DNA of 64,000 bases from Polyangiales bacterium (GTDB lineage: Bacteria; Myxococcota_A; Polyangia; Polyangiales; Polyangiaceae). The translations under genes were made by a program, and so were the position numbers. Below the pieces are notes generated by a model that did no database searches, was not told the origin of the DNA, and was given only the letters and a program-made list of their open reading frames with translations. Shown here in pieces: positions 1-9,324 of the stretch (position 1 is its first letter; every line of letters starts with the position of its first letter). The stretch covers positions 1 to 64,000 of the forward strand of contig JBBRNJ010000017.1 of assembly GCA_038230375.1 (NCBI GenBank). The letters run 5' to 3'.

Positions 1-1055
1 ATCTGGGCTCCGCGCTCCTGACACCGGGCCTCGTGGATGCGCACACGCACGCGGCATGGGTCGGCTCCCGCCACGAGGAGTACATGATGAAGATGCGCGG
101 GGCCGACTACCGCGAGATCGCCGCGAAGGGCGGCGGCATCGTCTCGAGTCACCGCGCGCTGATGGCGAGCAGCGTGGCCGATATCCACGCCACGCTGCGC
201 GCGCGCCTTGCCCGCATGGCCACCATGGGCGTGGTCACGTGCGAGGTGAAGAGCGGCTATGGGCTCACCTTCGAGCTCGAGGAGCGTCAGCTGCTCGCCA
301 TCGCGGAGGCCGCAAGCGATCGCTCGCTCCCGTGCGTGGTGCCGACGTTCCTGGCGCTTCATGCGCTGCCGCCAGACATGAAGGAGCGCAAGGACGAGTA
401 CGTCACCTCCGTTTGCGAGCACGCAGTCGCCTCGGTCGCTGCTCGCAAGCTCGCGCGTTTCGTGGATGCGTACGTGGACCAGAACGCGTTCTCCGTGGCC
501 GACGCTCGTCGCCTTGCCGCGGCCGCGCACGCCGCGGGGCTCGGCATTCGACTGCACGTGGGGCAGTTCGCGGACATCGGCGGCGCCGAGCTGGGCGCCG
601 AGGTCTCAGCCGCGTCCTGCGATCACCTGGAGAACCTGGGCGAGGCGGGCGCCCACGCGCTCGCGGATAAAGGTGTATATTGCACACTCTTGCCGACGGC
701 CAGCTTCACGCTGAAGCAAGCCCCACCGGACGTCGGGCTGCTCCGCCGCGTGGGCGCCAGGCTCGTCGTTGCGAGCGACTCGAATCCGGGCACTGCGCCG
801 TCGGAGAGCCTGGTGCTGGCCCTCTCGCTCGCGGTGCGGCTCTATGGTCTCTCCACCGAGGAGGCGCTGCTCGGGGCCACGCGGAACGCCGCGCTGTCAC
901 TCGCAGAGCCAGAGCGGGGCGCGCTGTTCGTCGGTGCGCACGCTGACTTGGTCGCGTGGGATCTGCCGCATGAGGACGCGTTGATGCAGCCGTGGGGAGT
1001 GTCACGAACGCGCCTGGTCGTCCGCGAAGGCCGCACGCTCCACGCGGCGGGCTGA
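1..1055 (+). CDS. hutI: Imidazolonepropionase (amidohydrolase), 5'-truncated by window edge
   Basis: Frame is open upstream of 33 (LGSALLTPGLVDAHTH). Motifs DAHTH, GGGI, EVKSGYGL, DHLE, ASDSNPG and ATRNAA are typical of HutI. Confidence 0.9.
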   Translation, partial: LGSALLTPGLVDAHTHAAWVGSRHEEYMMKMRGADYREIAAKGGGIVSSHRALMASSVADIHATLRARLARMATMGVVTCEVKSGYGLTFELEERQLLAIAEAASDRSLPCVVPTFLALHALPPDMKERKDEYVTSVCEHAVASVAARKLARFVDAYVDQNAFSVADARRLAAAAHAAGLGIRLHVGQFADIGGAELGAEVSAASCDHLENLGEAGAHALADKGVYCTLLPTASFTLKQAPPDVGLLRRVGARLVVASDSNPGTAPSESLVLALSLAVRLYGLSTEEALLGATRNAALSLAEPERGALFVGAHADLVAWDLPHEDALMQPWGVSRTRLVVREGRTLHAAG

Positions 1056-1068
1056 GCTCGGTCCTGCG

Positions 1069-1950
1069 TCAGTCCGCGTGCTTGCCCAGGCCCTCTGGCG
1101 CGAGCTGCCCCCGCTTCACGAAGAACAACGAGACCAGCGTGGCCACGAACGGGAGCATCGACAGCGCATCCGGCGGCAGGTGCGTGGAGTTCTGCAGCAC
1201 GTTACCAAGCGCGTCGAGTGACGCGAAGCCCAGGCAGAGCACCACCGCCAGCGCGGGACGCCAGCGCGAGAGGATCACCGCGGCGAGCGCGATGAAGCCG
1301 CGGCCTCCGCTCATACCGCTCTGGAACTGGTGCTGATCGTACGAGAGCGCGACACCGCCCAGCGCGCACAGGACGGACCCGAGCGTGACGGCCAGGATAC
1401 GTGTACGCACGACGTCGACGCCCAGCGCATGCGCCGCGACGGGGTCCTCGCCGGACGCGCGAACGTCGAGCCCGAAGCGCGTTCGGGACAGCACGAGCGT
1501 GAGCACGACGACGGAGACCACCGAGAGCAAGAACAGCGGGTCGAGCAGCGTGCGCGTGAACGGGCCGCCAGGAAGCTCGACGAGCGCGGGAATGGAGGGC
1601 GAGTTGGAGCTGGAGCCAAACCAGCCACGGAGCAGGAACCGCGTGCCGCCCGCTGCTGCAATGTTGATGGCCACGCCGCTGACGATGGCATTGACGCGAA
1701 GCCGCGCGAACAGCACGCCATGCAGGAGCCCCACCGCGCCGCCGGCGACGAGCCCGGCGACCACGCCGAGCACGGGGCTGTGCGTGGCGAGCGCGCACGC
1801 GACCGACGCAAAGCTGGATGTGAGGAGCACGCCTTCGAGGCCGATATTGACGACGCCGCTCCTCTCACAGAGCACGCCGCCTGCAGCCGCCATGGCATAG
1901 GGCACGCTCATGCGCAGCGTCTCCGGGACGACGCTTCCGAGGATGCTCAT
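1069..1950 (-). CDS. ABC transporter permease (simple sugar/nucleoside type)
   Basis: ERSGVVNIGLEG, RFGLDVRASGEDP, GRGFIALAAVI motifs; hydrophobic. Start reassigned to ATG 1950, which overlaps the upstream stop (ATGA). Confidence 0.88.
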   Translation of the reverse strand: MSILGSVVPETLRMSVPYAMAAAGGVLCERSGVVNIGLEGVLLTSSFASVACALATHSPVLGVVAGLVAGGAVGLLHGVLFARLRVNAIVSGVAINIAAAGGTRFLLRGWFGSSSNSPSIPALVELPGGPFTRTLLDPLFLLSVVSVVVLTLVLSRTRFGLDVRASGEDPVAAHALGVDVVRTRILAVTLGSVLCALGGVALSYDQHQFQSGMSGGRGFIALAAVILSRWRPALAVVLCLGFASLDALGNVLQNSTHLPPDALSMLPFVATLVSLFFVKRGQLAPEGLGKHAD

Positions 1951-3002
1951 GAGGGTGCTCCTGCGCGCGCGCGACGTCGGGTCAAGAGCGCGAGCACGGA
2001 CGGCGAATCCGTGAGGGCCACCGCGACGATGACGACCGCGAAGAGCACCTCCATGGCCTCCTTGGGCACGTGCCCGTTGATGAACAATCCACCTTGCTGC
2101 AGCGTGCCGAAGAGCAGCGCAACGAAGAGCATGGATGGGATGTTGCGCCTTGCGATCAGCGCGACCGCGAGCCCCGAGAAGCCGGCGCCAGCGCCCAGGC
2201 CCTGCTCGAAGTAGCCCTTTGCGCCGAGCACGGTGGCGGAGCTGGCAAGGCCGGCGATGGCTCCGCTCAGGAGCAGCGCCTGCACGGTGCGGCGTGCGAC
2301 GGGGATCCGCTCGTGCGCGCATGCGACGGGGTTCCAACCGACGAACGTCACCTCACGACCGAATCGTGAACGTGAGACCAATACCCAGTACGCGATGCCC
2401 ACCAGCGCGGCGATGAACACCGCCGTGCTCACCGAGCTCCCGGAGAGGCCGGGCACCCACGCTTCGAGCTTGGTCAGCGTGAGCTGCGGCGCGAGCGGGG
2501 TGGTCTGCACGGTACCCGGCAGCGCGAGGCCCGCGCCGAGTGCGAGGCCCACCAGCCCGTCCGCCACGCGGTTCATCATGATGGTGGAGATGACCTCGTG
2601 TGCGCCAAAGCGGACCTTCAAGAGCGCCGGCAAGGCGGCATAGAGCGCGCCGCTCACCACCGCGACCGCGAGCAGGATCACGGTGCCAACGGCGCCGGGC
2701 ATCATCCCGAGGTGCGCGCCCGCCACCGCGACGGCGAGACTTGCGATGGCGAGTTGACCCTCGGTGCCGATGTTGAACAGTCCGGCGCGCAGACCGAAAT
2801 CCACGGCGAGCGCGGTGATGAAGAGCGGCGTGGCCTTGTAGAGCACCTGCCCCACGCCTAAGACGGAGCCCCATGTTCCCTCGTAGAGCAGCGTGAGCAT
2901 CTCGCGCGGGGACTCGCCGTAGAGAAAGACCATCACCTCGAAGGCGATGCATGCGACGAGCACGCCCAGCAGGACACGTGCGCCGGGATGAGTGGCCGGC
3001 AT
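1947..3002 (-). CDS. ABC transporter permease (simple sugar/nucleoside type)
   Basis: GLFNIGTEGQ, AHEVISTIMMN, GFSGLAVAL motifs; multiple TM segments. Confidence 0.88.
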   Translation of the reverse strand: MPATHPGARVLLGVLVACIAFEVMVFLYGESPREMLTLLYEGTWGSVLGVGQVLYKATPLFITALAVDFGLRAGLFNIGTEGQLAIASLAVAVAGAHLGMMPGAVGTVILLAVAVVSGALYAALPALLKVRFGAHEVISTIMMNRVADGLVGLALGAGLALPGTVQTTPLAPQLTLTKLEAWVPGLSGSSVSTAVFIAALVGIAYWVLVSRSRFGREVTFVGWNPVACAHERIPVARRTVQALLLSGAIAGLASSATVLGAKGYFEQGLGAGAGFSGLAVALIARRNIPSMLFVALLFGTLQQGGLFINGHVPKEAMEVLFAVVIVAVALTDSPSVLALLTRRRARAGAPS

Positions 3003-4424
3003 CTACGCCTCCCCCGAGAGCATCAGACGTCCCAGCTTCTCTTCGGGGACATCCGGGGGCACCTCGCCTGCGAACGCGTGCTTCGCCACCACCACGAGGC
3101 GTGTGGAGAGGGCGCGGAGCTCGTCGGTGTCGGAGCTGATGACCAGGACCGCCGCGCCGCTGTCACGAACGTCCAGGATGCGCGCGTGGATCTCGCGCGC
3201 CGCCCCGATGTCCACGCCGCGCGTGGGATGAACGAAGACGAAGACGCGCGCCTTCTTGCGTCCGAGCGCACGGCCGACCACCAGCTTCTGCTGGTTGCCG
3301 CCGGAGAGCTCGCTCGCGAGGAGCGACAGGCTCTGCGTGTATGCCGAGCGCTTCGCGCGCGACTCCGCCTCGGCCATGAGGAGCGCGGGATCGATGAACG
3401 GGCCGCGCGATACGAGATCGAGATCGCCCAGGACGAGGTTCTCGGCCGCGGTGGCCTGCAGAACAAGGCCCATGAGATTCCGGTCCTCGTGCACGAACGA
3501 GATGTCCGGGTCTGCACGGCGGAAGAGCGCAAGGACGAGCTCGGACTGTCCATTGCCCTCGATCCCTGCAACCCCGACGACCTCACCTGCGTGGACCGTG
3601 AGCGACAGCCCGCGAAGACCGGGCACGTCAGCCACGGAGAGGAGCGCGGCGCCGGGCTCTGGTGACGTGCGGTCCTTGGAGATGTCCTTTGCCTCGCCCA
3701 TGATCCGCTGGGTCACGTCCTGCATGAACGCCGTTTTCTCGTCGCTCGCGCGGTCGCCCTCTGGCACGTCGGAGGTCAGCAGGATCACGCCGCGGCGCAT
3801 GACCGTGACGGCGTCGCAGAACTCGGCGATCTCGTCCAGCTTGTGCGTCACCACCACCACGGCGGCGCCCTCGTCGGCGATCTTCCGAAGAAGCGTGTAT
3901 AGTACAGTCACCTCGGAGCGCGCCAGGATTGCCGTGGGCTCGTCCAGGATGAGGACGCGCGCGGAGGAGAGCAGCGCACGGCACAGCTCGACCCGTTGCT
4001 TGTCGCCAACGGAGAGCTCCGACGCGCGCGCGGAGAGCGGCAGCGAAACACCCAGGCGCTTCTCGACCACCGCCACGCGCACCGCGAGCTTCTCGAGATC
4101 GAGCGGTCCACGCTCACCCAGCGCGATGTTCTCGAGCACGGTCAGCGCGGGCGCGAGCGCGAAGTGTTGCGTGACCATTGCCACGCCCATGGCCCTTGCA
4201 CCACTCGGTGTGTGCGGGGCGAGCGGCTTCCCATCGACAAGGACTCCGCCCTCATCTGGGAGCACCAGGCCCGCCGCCATGCGGAGCAACGTGCTCTTGC
4301 CAGCGCCGTTCTCCCCACAGACCGCGTGCACGCGTCCCTTGTCGAACGCGACGCTCGCGTCCTTCACCGCGACGTTGACCCCCCCGTACGTCTTGCCCAG
4401 GGAGCGAAGCTCCAGAATCGCCAT
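3003..4424 (-). CDS. ABC transporter ATP-binding protein (two NBDs, carbohydrate-importer type)
   Basis: Walker A GENGAGKST, LSVGDKQRVE, ILDEPT, second signature LSGGNQQK and PTRGVDIGA. Start taken at MAILEL. Confidence 0.9.
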   Translation of the reverse strand: MAILELRSLGKTYGGVNVAVKDASVAFDKGRVHAVCGENGAGKSTLLRMAAGLVLPDEGGVLVDGKPLAPHTPSGARAMGVAMVTQHFALAPALTVLENIALGERGPLDLEKLAVRVAVVEKRLGVSLPLSARASELSVGDKQRVELCRALLSSARVLILDEPTAILARSEVTVLYTLLRKIADEGAAVVVVTHKLDEIAEFCDAVTVMRRGVILLTSDVPEGDRASDEKTAFMQDVTQRIMGEAKDISKDRTSPEPGAALLSVADVPGLRGLSLTVHAGEVVGVAGIEGNGQSELVLALFRRADPDISFVHEDRNLMGLVLQATAAENLVLGDLDLVSRGPFIDPALLMAEAESRAKRSAYTQSLSLLASELSGGNQQKLVVGRALGRKKARVFVFVHPTRGVDIGAAREIHARILDVRDSGAAVLVISSDTDELRALSTRLVVVAKHAFAGEVPPDVPEEKLGRLMLSGEA

Positions 4425-4497
4425 GGCGATCCCGAACCTACCAGACTTCGGCAGAAGCAACTTCGCCACGCAGCCAGGGCTTTGCTACCATCACCCC

Positions 4498-5094
4498 ATG
4501 CGCACGAGTCTCGGTCGGCGGCGGGGGGCGAGCTTGGTGGAGTACGCCGTCCTCCTCGTGGGCGTACTGCTCATCGGTGCTGGCGCGATGAAGCTGCTGG
4601 GCCCCAAGATCGCGGCGCGCGTCAATGGCGCCGGCGATGTCGCCACGACGTCAGGCGGAGGAGGCGGAGGAGGCGGAGGCGGCGGAGGAGGAGGCGCGGC
4701 AGCTGGTGGTGGCAAGGGCGGCGGCGGTGGCTTGGGCGGAGGCGGCGGAGGCGGAGGGAGCCGCGGTAGCAGCGGCAGCGACGAGAAGGCTCGCACCACG
4801 TCCAAGTCCAGCGTGGGCCAGTCGGCCGCGGAGCGCGCGAACGGTGGCAACGGCGGCGGCGGCGGGGACAACGGCGGAAGCGCCGACAAAGGCGGCGGAG
4901 GCGGCGGGAGCCCCACCACCGTGAGCGCCAGCGGCAAGGCCGCCGTGACGGACGTGGACGACTTCGGCGACAAGGGCTTCTGGCTCAAGAAGTCGTTCGC
5001 GATGGCCATGCTCGCGCTGGGTCTTGGCGCGGTCGTCTTCTTCTTCGTGAAGGGCAAGAAGGTCGTCAAGGACGTGAAGGAAGCCGGCAAGTAG
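4498..5094 (+). CDS. Flp/Tad (type IVc)-like prepilin N-terminus fused to a Gly-rich linker and a C-terminal TM segment
   Basis: RRRG|ASLVEYAVLL prepilin motif with E+5/Y+6, hydrophobic helix, poly-Gly stretch, C-terminal MAMLALGLGAVVFFFV followed by a Lys-rich tail. Confidence 0.7.
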   Translation: MRTSLGRRRGASLVEYAVLLVGVLLIGAGAMKLLGPKIAARVNGAGDVATTSGGGGGGGGGGGGGGAAAGGGKGGGGGLGGGGGGGGSRGSSGSDEKARTTSKSSVGQSAAERANGGNGGGGGDNGGSADKGGGGGGSPTTVSASGKAAVTDVDDFGDKGFWLKKSFAMAMLALGLGAVVFFFVKGKKVVKDVKEAGK

Positions 5095-5127
5095 CGCTTC
5101 GCGTGGCGCTGCTCTCGGGCGCGTGCC

Positions 5128-6270
5128 TCAGCGCTTGGTCTTCGGTGCCTTCTGTGAGCGCTGGAGCGCTGGAGGGATGGGCGTGTCGATGGTCGCCGCC
5201 GACCTACGCGCCACCCGGGTCTCCGCGGACGAAAGCAGCTCGTCCTCGAGATCGATCTCGACGCTGATTTCGTCGTGAGGCGCCTCGCCAGTGGGCGCGT
5301 GCGGATCGTAGACGTCATCGAAAGGCGACGCGGCGACCTCTGTCTTGGCCCACGATTCCCGCTCCTCTTCGAAGCCCAGGTCGGGAAGCGCGGCAAGTCC
5401 CGCATCCAGCGCCTCGCGGATCGCTCGCGTCACCTCGCCCATCGTCGCGTACCGTCCCTCGGGCCGCTTCGCGAGACAGCGCTGCACGACCTTGTCGAGC
5501 GCCCGCGGCACGTTCGCCTCTGGCGCCCGCTTGCAGATCGACTCGGGCTCGGTGTTGAGATGGTTGTGGATGATCGCGGGCACGCCTTGCTCGATGAAGA
5601 CCGGGCTGCCGGCGAGCATGCGGTAGAGCAACACGCCGAGCGCATAGATGTCCGTGCGTGCGTCGACAGGTCGTCCGATGATCTGTTCGGGCGCCATGTA
5701 CTCCACCGTTCCAACGATCATGCCGGTGCGCGTGAGCTGCGTGGTCTCGTGACCGGCCTGGATGGATTTCGCGACGCCGAAGTCGAGCACCTTCACGAAG
5801 AGCGGATCTTGCGGGGTGGGAACGAGCATCACGTTCGCAGGCTTCAGATCGCGGTGGATCACGCCGTGCTGGTGCGCGACTCCGAGCGCCGCGCAGATCT
5901 GCGTCGCCACGTGGACCGCCTCGGCGACCGGCAGCCGGGTCTGTCGCCGAAGGGCGCTGGAGAGGGTCTCGCCACGACAGAGCTCCATCACGAAGTAGAG
6001 GCTGCCGTCTGGCTCGCGACCGTAGTCGTAGACGCTGACGATGTTCTCGTGGGCGAGCCGCGCGGTGTTCTGGGCCTCGCGGAGGAACCTGGAGGCGGTC
6101 TCCTCGTCGATCGTCGCAGCCTCCTCCATGAGCAGCTTGATGGCCACTTCACGCGACAGAACCACGTCGATCGCGCGCACGACGAGGCCCATGCCACCCT
6201 GCCCGATCTTCTCTTCGAGACGGTAGCGCCCCCCGAGGAGTCGCCGATCGAACGCCTCGGTGCTAGTCAC
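5128..6270 (-). CDS. Eukaryotic-like Ser/Thr protein kinase (soluble)
   Basis: GQGGMG, VAIK, HRDLKPAN, DFG, GTVEYMAPE, DIYALG. GTG start at 6270 is preceded by GGAGG. Confidence 0.93.
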   Translation of the reverse strand: MTSTEAFDRRLLGGRYRLEEKIGQGGMGLVVRAIDVVLSREVAIKLLMEEAATIDEETASRFLREAQNTARLAHENIVSVYDYGREPDGSLYFVMELCRGETLSSALRRQTRLPVAEAVHVATQICAALGVAHQHGVIHRDLKPANVMLVPTPQDPLFVKVLDFGVAKSIQAGHETTQLTRTGMIVGTVEYMAPEQIIGRPVDARTDIYALGVLLYRMLAGSPVFIEQGVPAIIHNHLNTEPESICKRAPEANVPRALDKVVQRCLAKRPEGRYATMGEVTRAIREALDAGLAALPDLGFEEERESWAKTEVAASPFDDVYDPHAPTGEAPHDEISVEIDLEDELLSSAETRVARRSAATIDTPIPPALQRSQKAPKTKR

Positions 6271-6286
6271 TCGTTCCTCCACGGAA

Positions 6287-6496
6287 ATGATGAAGCACGA
6301 CGCCAACGTTCACAAGCGATTCTTGGACTACCGCGAGCGCCATGTCTACTTCGGCAAGAACATGCGCATGCTGGACTACACGGAGTTCGCGAAGCTGGAT
6401 GAAGAGCAAAGGGCCCTCGACAAGATGGGCGACGACCGCGACGACGACGACGAGGCCCGCCTCCGGGTGCTGACAATCGCCCTCCTGATGGACTGA
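6287..6496 (+). CDS. Small hypothetical protein (69 aa)
   Basis: GC3-rich codon usage, protein-like composition (MMKHDANVHKRFLDYRERH...), fills the gap between the kinase and the repeat tract. Confidence 0.6.
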   Translation: MMKHDANVHKRFLDYRERHVYFGKNMRMLDYTEFAKLDEEQRALDKMGDDRDDDDEARLRVLTIALLMD

Positions 6497-6528
6497 TCCT
6501 CCACGATTTCCGCAGGATTCAGCGAACG

Positions 6529-6599
6529 TCGCCCTCGCCCTCGCCCTCCCTCGCCCTCACCCTCGCCCTCGCCCTCCACCTCCACCTCGTCCTCGCCCT
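6529..6599 (+). repeat. Degenerate (TCGCCC)n hexamer tract
   Basis: tcgccctcgccctcgccctccctcgccctcaccctcgccc... read directly. Confidence 0.9.
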
Positions 6600-6622
6600 G
6601 AACCTTTTCCCCAACCCCGTCC

Positions 6623-6661
6623 TTGACTTTACTGACTGGGAAACCATACTGGTCACCCAGT
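6623..6661 (+). promoter_or_regulatory. Putative sigma70-type promoter (TTGACT-16-CATACT) overlapped by a palindromic TetR operator candidate
   Basis: TTGACT 6623-6628, CATACT 6645-6650; inverted repeat ACTGGG-aa-ACCA-tac-TGGT-ca-CCCAGT (6635-6661) centred on 6648. Confidence 0.6.
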
Positions 6662-7238
6662 GGAAGCCGCGAAGAAAGAGTGCATCTTGCTGGAGGCGGC
6701 GCGGGCGTTCGCGCGCTTCGGCTTCAAGAAGGCGTCGATCGACGAGATCGCCCGCGAGGCCGGCGTTGGCAAGGGCACCGTCTACCTTGCTGCGGAGTCG
6801 AAGGAGGATCTCTTCTACCAGGTGCTGCATCGCGAGATGCGCGCATGGCAATCGGAGTGCTCCAAGGTGATCGACCCGCGCGTCCCCGCCGATCAGCTGC
6901 TCGTGCGATTGCTGACCGCGGCGAAGGCCTACCTCGACCAGCATCCATTGGTGCGTGATCTTCTCATAGGCGAGACGACACGTGCGCTGCCCTCGTGGCG
7001 CGGGCGCTTCGAGGAGCTGCGCGCGCTCGGTCGGAACAATGTGGCGGAGGTGCTTCGCATCGGCGTCCGTCAGGGGCTGTTCGAGCAAACGCTCGATGTG
7101 GATGCCGTGGCGGGCGCGCTGCAGGACTTCAGTCTCTCCGCGCAGGTGCTCTACGGGCGAGACCACGAGACGTTCGCAACGAGGCAGACCGCGGGCATCG
7201 GGATAGTGCTGAACGGACTTCGCGCGCGACCGACGTAG
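6660..7238 (+). CDS. TetR/AcrR family transcriptional regulator
   Basis: N-terminal HTH: ILLEAARAFARFGFKKASIDEIAREAGVGKGTVYLAAESKEDLF. Confidence 0.92.
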   Translation: MEAAKKECILLEAARAFARFGFKKASIDEIAREAGVGKGTVYLAAESKEDLFYQVLHREMRAWQSECSKVIDPRVPADQLLVRLLTAAKAYLDQHPLVRDLLIGETTRALPSWRGRFEELRALGRNNVAEVLRIGVRQGLFEQTLDVDAVAGALQDFSLSAQVLYGRDHETFATRQTAGIGIVLNGLRARPT

Positions 7239-7350
7239 CGACGACAACGACTTCGACATCGACCTCGACCTCGACCTCGACAACGACAACGACCTCGACC
7301 TCGACTTCGACCTCGACCTCGACTTCGACCTCGACCTCGACCTCGACCTC
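7239..7350 (+). repeat. (TCGACY)n / ACG-ACA hexamer array directly after the tetR stop
   Basis: Tandem tcgacc/tcgact/tcgaca units read directly. Confidence 0.95.
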
Positions 7351-7406
7351 CTGACCTCCGATCTCTCGTGACCACAAAACTCCTCCAGTCAAAACAGGAC
7401 TCTCCC

Positions 7407-8279
7407 ATGCCTTCTTTCCCCATGCGCAGTGCTTTTGGCTCTTCTGGACTCCAGGTGAGCCCGCTTGGTCTTGGCTCGAGCTACGGACTGCCGGGGCGCG
7501 AGGTCGAGCGGGCGTTCGCTAGCGGCGTGAACCTGATGTTCTGGGGCTTGCGACGACGCTCGGACTTCGCGAAGGGCATCCGGGCGATCGCGCAGAAGGA
7601 CCGCGAGGGGATGGTGCTGTGCGCGCAGACCTACTCGCGCGCGGCGTCGCTGGTCGCGCCGAGCGTGGAGTCGGCGTTGCGCACCTTGAAGACGCCGTAC
7701 CTGGATGTGCTCTGCGTGGCGTGGTGGGACGAGGAGCCGCCCGAGCGCATCCTGGACGCCGCGCGCGTGCTGCGCGAGGCCGGGAAGATCCGCACGATCA
7801 TGCTGTCGGGGCATCATCGCCCGAACCTGCCGCACTTTGCGCGCGTGGCCGGCGTGGACTCGATCATGGTGCGCTACAACGCGGGGCATCCGGGCGCGGA
7901 GAAGGACGTGTTCCCTCTCCTGCCCACGGACGAGAACGATCACCCCGGTGTGCTCGCCTTCACGGCCACGCGGTGGGGAACGCTGCTCGATCCGCGCTTG
8001 TTGCCGAAGGACGAACGCGCGCCGCGCGCGAGTGACTGCTATCGGTTCGCGCTCTCGTCACCGCACGTGCACGCGTCGCTCTGCGGCGCCAAGGACGCGA
8101 GCGAGCTCACGGAGGGCCTCGCTGCGATCGAGCGCGGGCCGCTGTCCGTCGAGGAGCGCTCATGGATGCTGCGCGTGGGCGCGCACGTGAAGAAGGGCCA
8201 GAATGCGCAGCAGCGGGTGCTCGGCGCGATCGATCGCGTGAAGAACGGCTTCTGTGCGAGCGCGCAGCCTCAGGCGTGA
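7407..8279 (+). CDS. Aldo/keto reductase-fold protein (catalytic tetrad appears degenerate)
   Basis: FGSSGLQVSPLGLG N-terminus, SVESALRTLKTPYLD, GKIRTI, MVRYN, YRFALSSPHV. Confidence 0.75.
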   Translation: MPSFPMRSAFGSSGLQVSPLGLGSSYGLPGREVERAFASGVNLMFWGLRRRSDFAKGIRAIAQKDREGMVLCAQTYSRAASLVAPSVESALRTLKTPYLDVLCVAWWDEEPPERILDAARVLREAGKIRTIMLSGHHRPNLPHFARVAGVDSIMVRYNAGHPGAEKDVFPLLPTDENDHPGVLAFTATRWGTLLDPRLLPKDERAPRASDCYRFALSSPHVHASLCGAKDASELTEGLAAIERGPLSVEERSWMLRVGAHVKKGQNAQQRVLGAIDRVKNGFCASAQPQA

Positions 8280-8298
8280 CCGTTCGGACCTCTGATTG

Positions 8299-9324
8299 TC
8301 AGCCCGCGGCGCGGCGACCGAGCGGCTGGCTCTCTTCTTCGCCCACGAAGACCACGGACGAGGGACGCGCGGGCTCGCGCATCGGCTTGCCGTTGTGGAT
8401 CGTGGCGGAGTCGAGGATCATCTCGCAGAGGGCGCCGTACTCGATGTCGGCGCTCTTCGCGATCTTGGGGAGCAGCGATGTGGGCGTCATGCCGGGGAGC
8501 GTATTGACCTCGAGCACGTATTCGTTCTCGCCCTCGGTGACGAGGAGATCGACGCGGCAGGCGCCGGTGCAGCCGAGCGCACGGACCGCACGCTCCGCGA
8601 GGTTCATCACGCCGCGGACGCGTGTGGCAGGCAGGCGCGGCGGGCAGATGTATTCGGTCATGCCGGACGTGTACTTCGAGCGGTAGTCGTAGAGGCCGCT
8701 CTTCGGGACGACCTCGATCGCGCCAAGGACGCGGCCGTTCAGCATGCCGACGTGGACCTCGGTCGCCTTGATGAAGCGCTCCACCAGGGCATGCTTGTCG
8801 TGCGCGAGCGCGAGCTCGATGCCAGCCTGGAGCTCGGACATGGTGGTGGCCTTGGTGAGGCCGACGCTGGAGCCTTCCGAGCGGGGCTTCACGATCGCGG
8901 GGAACCCGAAGCTTCCGTGCACGTCCTCGAGGTCAGCGAGATCGCTCTCGGCCGCGACGTAGTACGGCGGCGTGGGCACGTTGTGCAGGCGGAAGAGCTC
9001 CTTCGCCTTGAGCTTGTCCATGGCGAGCGCGCTCGCGAGCACCGAGGAGCCGGTGTACGGGATCCCGAAGAGCTCGAGGAGCCCCTGGATGCAGCCGTCC
9101 TCACCGCCGCGACCGTGAAGGGCGAGGAAGGCGACGTCGATGTTGGCGGCGCGAATCAATTCGTCGATGCCGCGCGTGGCGGCGCCATACGAGATGCGAA
9201 CGACGTCGTGACCGCGCTCTTCCAGAGCCTCCGCCACACCCTCGCCCGTGCGAAGCGAGACTTCTCGCTCCGCGCTCGTGCCGCCCATGATCACCCCAAC
9301 CCGCCCAAACATGCCGTGCGTCAT
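8299..9324 (-). CDS. ddl: D-alanine--D-alanine ligase
   Basis: MGGTSAEREVSL, ALHGRGGEDG, IPYTGS, MDK, VKPRSEGSSVG, YDYRSKY, LEVNTLPGMTPTSLLP. Confidence 0.95.
   Translation of the reverse strand: MTHGMFGRVGVIMGGTSAEREVSLRTGEGVAEALEERGHDVVRISYGAATRGIDELIRAANIDVAFLALHGRGGEDGCIQGLLELFGIPYTGSSVLASALAMDKLKAKELFRLHNVPTPPYYVAAESDLADLEDVHGSFGFPAIVKPRSEGSSVGLTKATTMSELQAGIELALAHDKHALVERFIKATEVHVGMLNGRVLGAIEVVPKSGLYDYRSKYTSGMTEYICPPRLPATRVRGVMNLAERAVRALGCTGACRVDLLVTEGENEYVLEVNTLPGMTPTSLLPKIAKSADIEYGALCEMILDSATIHNGKPMREPARPSSVVFVGEEESQPLGRRAAG

Noticed and set aside
3256..4497. N-terminal 414 aa of the 612-aa + strand ORF 3256..5094
   Set aside because: It is the antisense shadow of the ABC ATPase; only the part from ATG 4498 looks like a real gene.
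7129..7423. ORFs with (EV)n, (ST)n or (RG)n repeats here and at 6376-6585, 9332-9716 and 35992-36504
   Set aside because: These are translations of the intergenic hexamer arrays, with no RBS or protein-like context.
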